A stretch of 29,327 nucleotides of DNA from Fonticula alba ATCC 38817 (Eukaryota > Protista > Nucleariida). This document shows positions 11,377 to 21,195 of this stretch, in pieces (within the stretch, counting starts at the first letter, position 1; each line of letters begins with the position of its first letter). The translations under genes were made by a program, and so were the position numbers. The notes beneath the pieces are model-generated. The model was given only the letters and a program-made list of their open reading frames with translations, was not told the DNA's origin and made no database searches. The stretch lies in assembly GCA_000388065.2 (NCBI GenBank), contig KB932204.1, one strand, 5' to 3'.

Positions 11377-13225
11377 TCATCCCTGCATGCCAATCTTACA
11401 GAGCCGGGCCACCAGGCCACTGAGCTGCAGCAGGGTGGCCACTCCCTCGACGATATTGGCATGGGTGAGGCCGATCTCCTGCGGGTTGCACCAGCGAGAA
11501 CCGGAGCAAGTGGGGCACGGCGGGGGAGAAGCAGGGAAGAACATGCGGGGAGGAGATGAATAAGGAGAGAAGAGAGAGGGAAGGGCGAGGCGGCGATGGG
11601 AAATTGTCCGTGCAGGGGGGGGGGTCCAGGAAGAGGCTGGAATGGGCCCAAGAAAGGGGGAGGCAGGAAGGGCATCACGCACACGCATGTACTCCAGCCG
11701 AGTGTACTCCGGAATGGCGTCCTGCGGCATGTACTTGATGACGCGGAAGAGGGTGGTCACAATGTCGACCGCGGCGAAGCCATCGCTCCAGAAACCCTCA
11801 ATCACGGCATGTGCCTGGTCGAGGTCGCCAGCCAGGGCCCGCTCCACGAGCGTCTGCATTCGCCGGGGATGCGGCTGATCGCACACCTTGAAGACATTCT
11901 CCATGGACACAACCCCGAAGCCGATGTGTGTGGACTGGAGGTTGTTCAGGGCCTGGCGCATGTCGCCATCCGAGCTGAAGAGAATGGCCTCGAGACCATC
12001 ATCAGTAGTGACGACCTGGATAATAGCGAGAGCGAGAGCGAGAGCGAGAGAGAGAGAGAGAGCAGGAGTGAGCAAAGACCGGAGTAGCGTCAGGTGTCAA
12101 CAACCTCTGGCGCATTGCCAGAGAGCACAAAAGGAGAAGCCAAAGTACGAGGTGGGCAAGAGGGAGAGACAGGAAGGAAGGTGGGAGGAGACGTGGCCGA
12201 GGGCACGAGGCGCACCTTCTCCTCGCCCACGACAACCATCATGCGTGCCAGCATCTGAGCATCGGTCAGGCGGTTGAAGCGCAAGATGGCGCATCGACTC
12301 TGGATGGGCTCGATGATGCGCGACGAGATGTTACACGCCAAGGCAAAGCGCGTGGTGGAGGCAAACTTCTCCATAATCCGCCGCAGGGCCTGCTGCGCGC
12401 CGGGGGTCATGCTGTCCGCCTCATCCAGGATGATGATCTTATGGCGCCCCGGAGGGAGGGTGACTCGGCGCTGGGCGAAGGTACGGATTTTGTTGCGCAC
12501 AACGTCGATACCGCTGCAGGTGCAAAGTCAGTACACGCCCGTGCTTCCACGAGACGCCATCATGCGTGTGTATATGTATATATATATATATGTGCATGTA
12601 TGCATGCATGCACGCGTGCGTGCGCGCGTGCGCGCGTAATTGGCTCGGGCGAAGGGCGCACCGGTCATCCGAAGCATTGAGCTCCAGCACAGCATCCTTA
12701 AATGAGTCTCCAAGGAGAGTCTTGGCCAGGGCCAGAACGCAAGTCGTCTTACCAGTGCCGGGAGGTCCCTGGTACGGTGCACGACAAAAAAAAAAGGGTC
12801 AGCAGGCGGCACATGCATGTGCGTGGAAGCATGCCGAACAGCGAGGGACCACATGGGGGAGTCAAGGCGCACGGTGACTAGAAGGTGAGGCATGTTGCCA
12901 TCACGGGCGATGACACGCAGGCGGTCAATGATATCATTGTTGCCAACCACATCATCCAGGGTCTGCGGGCGATACTTCTCAAGCCTATCACATCATGCAA
13001 GTTAGGACCACCACATAGGGGGGAGAGACGTTGCCGGGCGATGGAAAGGCAGACATGTGTGCATGCCTGTATGCGCGTGTGCACAAAGAGCGGAGAAAGC
13101 AGGAAGGCCCACACGGGAAGCGCCCTCTCGAAGACATACCAGGGCTTCTCAAGCTCGAACACGCCACTGGTCGCGTCGGATGCGCCAGCGCTGGCAGCGA
13201 AAGGGTTCATCATCGCGGCCGACAT
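11377..13225 (-). CDS. RFC2: Replication factor C small subunit (human RFC2 / yeast Rfc4 type); 6 exons
   Basis: Exons 13225-13140, 12984-12873, 12768-12662, 12513-12216, 12015-11683, 11478-11377. RFC box II PWLEKYRP, Walker [33 protein letters not shown], Walker [22 protein letters not shown] motif (IQSRC), [22 protein letters not shown]. Confidence 0.96.
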
Positions 13226-13709
13226 CAGGGATAGGGACGCAGAAAAGGGACCAAGGGAAAAGGGCGGACAGAAAGAATGCAGGAGGGAGGAAAGGGCGGC
13301 GGGGTGGAACTCGAGAGAGGGGGAGGCAGGAGTTTGGATGCACGCGCAGGCGCCCGGGGGCGGCGGGTGGCGCTCCGTCTTCAATCAGCGGTGGGCGCGT
13401 TGCCCCTCGCGCCCCCCGATCCACCCGCTTGCCAGGCGATGCCAGGTCGGCGGGGCAAGTTTGAAATCGAAACGTCCGGAGAAAACGTGACAAGAGGTCA
13501 CGCCCCAGATGATCGAGGTGCCGGCGCATCGCCCCCCCCCTGCACGGCCCGATTAAAGGGACCCACCCGTGTTTCCCCCCCGCGGCCGTGCTGTTCCGAT
13601 TGCCAACCGGCTTCCGCCTCCCCCCGACCACAGTTCCCTGCCCCGAGTGCTTTTCTTCTCTGCCCCCCCCCCCGCCCTCGTTTGGCCTTTTTCACCACCC
13701 CAGCCCACC
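13226..13709. promoter_or_regulatory. Probable bidirectional promoter/UTR region between RFC2 and the microprotein gene
   Basis: Head-to-head ATGs are 484 bp apart. Inferred from geometry only; no motif verified. Confidence 0.5.
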
Positions 13710-14030
13710 ATGTTGATCCGTCGGACATGGTTCATGTTCCAGATGGTCCCGGTGGCCATCGCCTTCTCGGTGCTCCTCAACGTCGGCTTCAGCGCCGTGC
13801 AGCACTCCACCTACTGGGAACACCGGGTGCGTTTGGTGTCGCATGCGATTCACACCCCCCGCCGACTCCCTGCATGTGACTGACCTTCGCTTCTCGTCCT
13901 GGCTCTGTAGCGCGCGCGTGTTGAGCAGCAGCAGCTGGAGGATTTCCGCAAGAAGGTCGAGCAGGGCACGGCCACGCCCCTGTTCGGCGACAAGGGAGTC
14001 ATCCCGCCATTCATGCGCCGGGATGGGTGA
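13710..14030 (+). CDS. Hypothetical 78-aa single-pass membrane microprotein; 2 exons
   Basis: ATG 13710 (context CACCATG), exon 1 13710-13826, donor GTGCGT, acceptor CTGTAG, exon 2 13911-14030. Product MLIRRTWFMFQMVPVAIAFSVLLNVGFSAVQHSTYWEHRRARVEQQQLEDFRKKVEQGTATPLFGDKGVIPPFMRRDG. C/G-ending codon bias matches neighbouring genes. The 3' end is uncertain (see findings). Confidence 0.7.
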
Positions 14031-14100
14031 GCAGCATGCCTACATTGCTGTCCATCCCCCGGTTGTGGCCGTCAACTCCTCCTGCTCCAATATACGCGTA

Positions 14101-14118
14101 ACATACACACACACACAC

Positions 14119-14162
<44 letters not shown>
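14101..14162 (+). repeat. (AC)n microsatellite
   Basis: About 30 AC units with two interruptions, between the microprotein stop and the CLP1 stop. Confidence 0.9.
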
Positions 14163-14164
<2 letters not shown>

Positions 14165-14291
14165 CACATGCTCTCATGTGTTTGATTGGGCTAGTAACGC
14201 TCTTTATTGAATATTTGGCTGCACACCGACCGACAGGCTTGGACCCCGCATCGTGGGCCGCCGAAGCTGCCTGCCCTGTGGGCTCTTCGCA

Positions 14292-16967
14292 TCAGTCGAA
14301 CCACTCAATGGTCCCCTGCAGGAGGACGCCGCTTGGGAGACGCTCAAAGGAAGGCATGTTCATGAGAACCATATTCCGATCGGTGTCAATGTCGGTGCTG
14401 AGGGGAGGCCACACGCCGGTTATTCGTTCAATGGGTGCAGCTTGCTGTGTCAGTGATTCGGCGGCCACATCCATCCGAGAGGGGGGAGGGGGCGAGGAGA
14501 GAGAAAGAGAAAGAGAGAGAGAAGGAGCAAGAGAGGGGCGGTATTTTTTTGCGCCACATTCCTCAAAGGATGGGGCAGCAGTCAAAAGGCACCGACAGGG
14601 GGGGGGGGGCACGGAGACGCACACATGGACAAAGCCCATGGCCGGAGTGTCAAGCAGATCGGCTTCAGTGATGATCGGCCGGCCGTCGGAGTCCCAGCCA
14701 GGCTGATCGGCCACCGCCTGCGGGTCGACCGGCGGGGCGGCCACACCGGCAGGTGGAATGGTCGCCCCCAAGAGCGTCCGCTGCCCAGGCAGCCCGACAA
14801 AGGAGACACCCAAAATGGCCTGGGTCAAATCGCGTGCCTTGTCCAATTGCAAAACCGGCCGAGTCATGGTCGGGGGAATGGGGGAGACACCGGCACCGCC
14901 CGGGGTGCCGGGAGCCGCAGCCGTGGCTTGGGAGGCCGGGGCACCACCCGGCGAGGAGGGAGCGCCACCGGCCCCGGTGGCCGCGGCCAGCATGTGAAGA
15001 GGGAGCGCGGAGCTCGGGGCCGTGTGCGCTGGCAGGCAAAGAGACGTGTCCATCGGCCGAAGGTCAGCTTCCTTCACCACGGCAGGCATGGTGTGCAGCA
15101 AATCATGCCATTAGCAGCACACGAGGACGTACAAAGGCCGATCTTAAAAACACGAATATTATCGAAGGGCACATATGCATGGCGCATGCCATACGACCGC
15201 GGCAGGGAGTCCAGCTCGACAGTATTGCCACCGCGTCCGGCCCCGGCCCCGGTGCCAGACCCGGCACCAAGGGAAGAGCTACGCTCATCGCCCAGGAAAT
15301 ACCGCGCGATGACGGCATTTTGCAAGATGCGCCGGGCGGCCGGGGACCTGGCGATGGCACCCGCACTGCGTGGCAGACGAACGATGCTCGGCACCGAGGC
15401 AGACGAGCCGGCCGAGGACACCAGATCGCGTTGCAGCCGATTGTACAGGCGCTCATCGCCAACAACCACGACCACAGTGGCTAGGGGGCAGGGCAGCAGG
15501 AGGGGAGGGGAGCGGGAGGCAATTCGATCCAGGAGACAAGGAGGGGAAGGGGGGGGGGGGTAGAGGGATAAGAGGTCAGGCAATGCAAGACACACACATA
15601 CACACACGTGCGGGTCATGGACACGGAGGGATAGACAGGCTGAGCCAACACATGCGCGAATGCGCTGGCCATCAGCTCGCCGCAGGGGTGATTGTGCGTG
15701 GCAGTCCATCCGGGTAGATGATGGCCCGGGCCAGGTGACAGTCGGACGCACCGTCGAACGAGCGAACGATGTTCAGCTGCTCCGCATAGTAGGCCTCGGC
15801 GGCGGCGGCCACGGCGGAGGGACCAGTGCCGGCGGCGGCGGCCGGCTGTACGGCTCCCATGGTGTTGATCACAACCATGTTGGCCATGCCGGCCTGAGTG
15901 CGTGCACGCACGCGCCCAGCCAAATTGTCCACCAGGCGTCGATAGGTGGGCGGGTGTGCCGAAGGGGTGGTATGGCCGAAATAGTAGCTGAGCGAGGCGC
16001 CGGCCATCTGCCCGAGGGCCGCCGACGAGGGGGCCAGGCAGGAGGGGATGAAGGGCCGCTCGACCGGCATGGCGGCAATGGCCCCGGGCACCGTCAGCGT
16101 ATTCAGCTCCAGGTCCAGGTCCACCAGCAGGGGGGTCGATGTGACGGCCACATTGGCGGAGGACTGTGGCTGTCCGGTGGCCGCGCTGTCCGGGCCGAGA
16201 TCCGCGCCGGATAGGCTTCGCCGTGAGCCGTAATTGCACAAAGTCAGGGCGAGGGCCGTCTTGCCGGAGTCCGCCGGGCCCAGGATAACCACGCGCGGGG
16301 GGTCGGTCGAGCCGGTGGAGCGCGTGCGCGCGTGCTCCTGTGCCAGTGCCACGAAAAGGTTCATCGCGCTCAGGGCAAAGTGCACATCATCCGAAAGGTA
16401 GGCATCGAGGCGAGGCTTGGCAGGGCGAGCCGCCGCCGCGGTGCTGGCCGGGGTGGCCGGCGCGGCGTCCGACGTGGCGCCAGCCCCGCCGCCGGCCTGG
16501 AAGCTGGACATGGCCGACTCGAGCAGGGCATTCGGCTCGGCCGAGCCAACGGACACGGTCTCCAACAGCACCCGGGCCCCGGTCCAGGAGAAGACGGCGC
16601 TGGACACGCCGGCCGGGAAGACATAGGAGTTGCCATCCCAGACGCCGCTGATCGAGGCACTGCCCAGCGGAGGAACCGACCCGCCTGTCAGAAGCTCCAC
16701 GCCGCTGATCTCGGCCGTGCCTTCCAACAGGCGGATGGCCAGCAGGGTGCGCGGAGCCACCTCGAAGCGGACTTCTTGCCGAGGCCCGAGGGTGAAGACC
16801 TCGCGCGAGGTGCGCTCAGCCAGACGCTCGGCCGCCCGGGTGAGCATCGTGCTCTGGGCCAGGCTCTCGCTGGTGGACACCGAGTGGTAGGACGCGGTGC
16901 CGGGAGTGCTGGCCGGGGCGGAGCCGGCCCCGGAGGCGCCGGGGGTGGCAGGAGCGGCGGGGTCCAT
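14292..16967 (-). CDS. CLP1: CLP1 polyribonucleotide 5'-hydroxyl-kinase family / mRNA cleavage factor subunit; 4 exons
   Basis: Exons 16967-15752, 15480-15133, 15028-14623, 14397-14292. N-domain EVRFEV..IRLLEGTAEISGVEL..AVFSWTG; P-loop RVVILGPADSGKT; PLLVDLD..TLTVPGAIAA; LSYYFGHTTP; VVVVGDERLYNRLQRDL; RLPRSAGAIARS..RYFLG; C-terminal GFVHVTDIDTDRNMVL..P..RLPSGVLLQGTIEWFD. Confidence 0.92.
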
Positions 16968-17479
16968 CTGTTGTGCGGGGTTTGCTTGTGGTGTTCGGGG
17001 ATCTCAGGACGAGGGCCAGGGTGAGGGGGAAAATGAAAGACCAGGAAGTCAAGGGGGAAGGGGTGCCGGGCAGAGGGATGGGGGGGGGGGAGAGAGAGAG
17101 CGGGGGGGGGGACTGGACAAGCCAAGGCGGTCCCGGCGCCTCGCCCGGCCAAGCAGGAGGCCGGCCTAAAAAGGACCACACGCCGGGACGGGGCTGCCTC
17201 GTCGGGCCCCGGCCTGCACGCCAGTGTACGTGTTAGTGTGGGAATGGCGCCGATCAGGGCCGGTGCGGCGGCAGTTGCTCACGGCGTTGTCACGCCCCTG
17301 TGGGCTGCCTGCCGACTGGGTAGGGGGGGGGGGGGACATGCGCGCGCCATGTGCTCTTCGGCACCAAGCACGCCAGAGAAAAGGCGGCGATCCGGGGCGG
17401 GCTTCGTTGCGGCAGGCCGACCTAGCTCCCTCCTGTTTCCCTCCTCCCCCACCCTTTGTTGCGCGGTCCTCGCGGTCCC
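16968..17479. promoter_or_regulatory. Probable bidirectional promoter/UTR region between CLP1 and the DTW gene
   Basis: Head-to-head ATGs are about 510 bp apart. Inferred from geometry only. Confidence 0.5.
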
Positions 17480-17587
17480 ATGCGTATCTGGAGGAACATC
17501 TCCCTCCGGAACCCTCTTGCGCCACAGCAGCTGCACCACCGCCGCGCCGCTGCCGCCGCCATGTCGTCGTCACCCTCTGCTACCACC

Positions 17588-17619
<32 letters not shown>

Positions 17620-19984
17620 AGGCACCGGCACCGACGCCGGCGCCACCGAGCCGGTTACCACCGACCAGCCAGCCTCCCCGGCGCCTGGGAGTGCCACGCC
17701 GCCCTCCGAAAATGTTGACCCCCTGGTGGCTCCATATGGTGTCGACCGTTTGGGGCGCCCCCGGCGGCGGCCTCCCATCATCACCTACGAGCAGATGGCC
17801 AGCTACACGCCTGCCGATCGGGAAGCCGCGCATGCGCGCAGCAGCCTCCTGACGACCCTGATGAAGCGCCATGGCCGGTGTGCGGCTTGCCTATGGCCGA
17901 CACAGTGCAGTACCGATGAGCCTGGGTCCTACCGGCCCCCCGGTTCGGACCCTTCGGTCCAGTGGACGGACCCCCTGACCAAGATCCCGCTGTACCAGCC
18001 GTTCCCGCGGCCCGGCCTGCCGGAGCAGACTACCGGGCCGGTTCTTCGGGCCCCGGCCAATGGGGCATGCAATTGCGCGTCCATCGGCCCGGCCATTTCG
18101 CAGCTGGGTGTTGGTCCGCAGGGCGACGGCAAGCACCGCATCGCGTTGTACATGCACTCCAAGGGTGCGAAGATCGGAAGAGCGTCGTGGCCTGCCGGAG
18201 CAGACTACCGGGCCGGTTCTTCGGGCCCCGGCCAATGGGGCATGCAATTGCGCGTCCATCGGCCCGGCCATTTCGCAGCTGGGTGTTGGTCCGCAGGGCG
18301 ACGGCAAGCACCGCATCGCGTTGTACATGCACTCCAAGGGTGCGATCATCTGTTGGCTCATGGCTTCGCCTCGTGTCACTCCCCTCACATCTTCCTCCTC
18401 CATTCCCTCTGTTGACTCTGCCCGGTGCTCCCCTCGTCTCCCCCCCTCTCTCTCTCTCTCTCTCCCCCCTCTTCCCCGTCCCGATTGGCCAACCTGAACC
18501 TGACACATCGTGTAGAGTGGTCGCGCTCCTCGAACACCGGCAAGATCATTGCCAACCTGTGCCCTGGGGCGCTTGTGGCCTGTCATGCGGTTTCCCCTTC
18601 GGAGCGGCGCATCTACCGTGCGACGATGGCCGCCCTTCGGGCCGGTCGACAGCCGTTCATCCTTTTCCCGACGCCGGATTCCCAGCCAGTGCGACTTCGC
18701 TCCCACCCCCTCCACTCCGATCCGCTCTGCTTTGCTTTGCTCTGCTCTGCTCTGCTCTGCTCCCCTCTCCGTTCCTTCTCTCACCACCTCCTGGCCTCCC
18801 CTGAAATCCATTGGGTGTGATGCAGCTGGAAGATTTCCTTGCGGCGCACCCGGTCACGGCCCAGCCGCTGCCCCTGTCGGATCCCACTGAGCTGGCCTTC
18901 GTGTCGGCAGGCTTCGACGATGGTGGCGAGGCCGATGAGGCCGGCGGCGTCCCCGGGGAGCCGGCCATCAACCGCATCCTCCGCGGCCTGGGGGAGTACC
19001 AGAGTTTCGAGCACTGTGCTGATGCGGCCATCCTGGATCGTTGGTCATGGCCGGAGGCCGACGTCCCAGTGCCGGTGACCGGCCCGGTTCGGGGCTATTT
19101 CATCATCGTCATTGACGGGACATGGGGGCAGGTGCGTGCTCCTCCTGTCCATCCATCCATCCATCCATTCCTTCTTCTTCCTTTTCTCGCTGGGTCTCCC
19201 GGGCGTCTCTCGACTGACTGACTGAAATCCCACTGCCGACTCTCCGGTCCTTCGAATGTGTCCATCCAGGCCAAGACCATTCAACGCCATCTGCCCCTGT
19301 GGATCCCCCGAGTGCACATCAGCCCGGACTCGCCGTCCCTCTTTGTCCTGCGCTCGGTGCGTCTTCTCTTTTCTCCCTCTTTCTCCCTCTTTTCTCCCTC
19401 TTTTCTCCCTCTTTTCTCCCTCTTTTCTCCCTCTTTTCTCCCTCTTTTCTCCCTCTTTTCTCCCTCCCTCCCTCCCTCCCTTCCTCTCTCCCCTTTGCCT
19501 TTATTTCCCCCGACACCGGGCCTGCTCTTCTCACCGACCATGCCCCCAGCAAACGCAAAGTGACCGGATTTCCACGATCGAGGCCTTCGCAGCCATGGCC
19601 CGCCAGTTGATTAATCATCTGGAGTGCGATCCGGCCACCGAGAGCGACAGCACGACGGCCGCGGCGGCCGGCGGCATCCCCAATACTCCCGGAGACCGAG
19701 TCATGCGGCATCTGCTGCGGACACTGACCATCCACCAGGACACGGCGCTGGCTGGGCGCCTGACCGACAGGCACATGTACGGTCCGAACAAGCCGGCCCG
19801 GCCGCCTAAGAAGCGCCCCTGCCCGTCGGAGGCCCAGGCAAATGCCTCAGCTGCCAGCGACGAAGCTGCCCCCCTGGCGACGGTGCCTGATGAGCCGGCC
19901 ATGTCTCTCGGCGAGGAGGCCGCCGGTGCCCCCGCGCGCAAGGTTCCCCACTGTGAGGATGCCCCCTCGGGGACCACTCAGTGA
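17480..19984 (+). CDS. DTWD2: DTW-domain tRNA-uridine aminocarboxypropyltransferase (DTWD2/TapT-like); 5 exons; alternative in-frame start at 17561
   Basis: Exons 17480(or 17561)-18164, 18516-18688, 18826-19131, 19270-19356, 19550-19984. Motifs RCAACL..CNC, LYMHSKEWSRSSNTGKII, ILFPTPDS, IIVIDGTWGQAK (DTW motif), PSLFVLR, ISTIEA. DTWD2/TapT rather than DTWD1 is by recalled motif style. Confidence 0.88.
18015..18345 (+). repeat. 156-bp direct duplication (18015-18170 / 18190-18345) separated by adapter; artefactual
   Basis: Both copies read GCCTGCCGGAGCAGACTACC...CACTCCAAGGGTGCGA, offset 175 nt, identical by eye. Confidence 0.93.
18171..18189 (+). other. Illumina TruSeq adapter sequence AGATCGGAAGAGCGTCGTG (assembly contamination)
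   Basis: Exact 19-nt match to the start of the standard TruSeq read-2 adapter, lying precisely between two copies of a 156-bp direct repeat. Confidence 0.97.
19369..19466 (+). repeat. Intronic tandem repeat (TTTTCTCCCTC) x9
   Basis: Nine 11-nt units (one is 10 nt) in DTW intron 4. Confidence 0.9.
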
Positions 19985-21195
19985 GAGCGCAAGCCTCTGC
20001 TGGCATGGCGGCTGATGCCTACCATGATCGGCCATCCTCCGTGCCCATCAGTTTCTCCTCCCGTGCTTGTGTGTGTCTCCCTTTTCTCTGCCTCCTCGTC
20101 TCCATTGGCATGTCCGTGCGCCGATGCGCGAATATGCCCTTCGCTAATGTGCTCAAAAGGGCTTCTTCTCCACGGGACATTCTCACAACTTCCCCCCTTC
20201 CAAATAGATCTCCCTTCCCCTCCCCCCGCCTTGTTTCATCACTGTCCCTCTCTTTTGCGCTCCGTGTCGTTCCTTCTCCTCTCCCGCCCTTTCCCCATAA
20301 TGCTGCCCCCTCCCCCTCCCCTCCCCTTCCCCCCACACCACAGCAGTGCATGTAGCTGGGACAGGCTGTTGTGCCCTATGCCACGGGCCTCCGCCTGCCG
20401 TTTCTTCTTTGCTCTATCCGCCTGGTGTGTGTGTGTGTGTGTGTGCGTGCATGTTCTCGTGCATGCATGAGTGGCCCCCCTCCCCCCGAGCGAGTCCTAC
20501 CGGCCCTGAATTGAGGGGCACACATTTGAGGCAAAGTCAGGTCGTCACATTTATTTTTTTCTGACACCAGGTTCATGGAGAAGACAATGTGCACTTCTCT
20601 CGCTCGCTCGGATATACCCCATATAGGGCGGAGAGAGTGTGGCCAGAGCCGGGAGCGAGGAGGGGGAGAGGGGGGGGGGGGAGGGCGCCGTGTCCGGCTC
20701 TTCGATGCGGAGCCAGATCGTCCAACGAATTCCAACTCTGAAGAGTCTACAATCACACAGGCACCCTCTCTATCACTTGCCTTGCCGCTGGGGCATGGGG
20801 AAGAGCATTTTCTCGCCCTCGCCCTCACTCTCACTCTCTCTATGTCATATGCTCAGCCACAGACGCCACATCTCCCGGGTCTCTCCCGGAGGGGGGAGGG
20901 GGGCGGCGGGAGCCGTGCCGGCAACGTCGGCAGCCACGTCGCGCAAGTTCAAGAGGCCGCCGATTGGCCAGGGGAGGGGGGAAACTGCCCCCCACTCCCC
21001 GAGAGCTCGGCAGGCGGCTTTTGGCCTGGTGCACGTGGGAGAGGAGGTTACCGACACGGCCCCCCCGGTCCCCCTTCGGGCCCGGAGAGCGTGTGCACAT
21101 GTATGTGCGTGGATGCACACATGCGCGCTTCTATGCGGACATTCTCGTCCCCCGCACCGAAAACGCGTGTGTGCGTGCGCGCGCACTCGAGCCAC

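Noticed and set aside
5744-14622. Several stop-free 3n introns (CIA2 5744-5836, SLC13 10082-9987 and 7324-7169, RFC2 11682-11479, CLP1 14622-14398) as regulated intron retention
   Set aside because: About one third of introns are 3n by chance, and stop codons are rare in GC-rich sequence. The translations are low-complexity and break conserved motifs.
18015-18345. Duplication as real exon duplication or alternative exon in the DTW gene
   Set aside because: The junction is an exact Illumina adapter, so this is a technical artefact.
19369-19466. 11-mer array as CRISPR-like or telomeric repeat
   Set aside because: No spacers; it is an intronic polypyrimidine minisatellite in a eukaryotic gene and does not match TTAGGG-type repeats.
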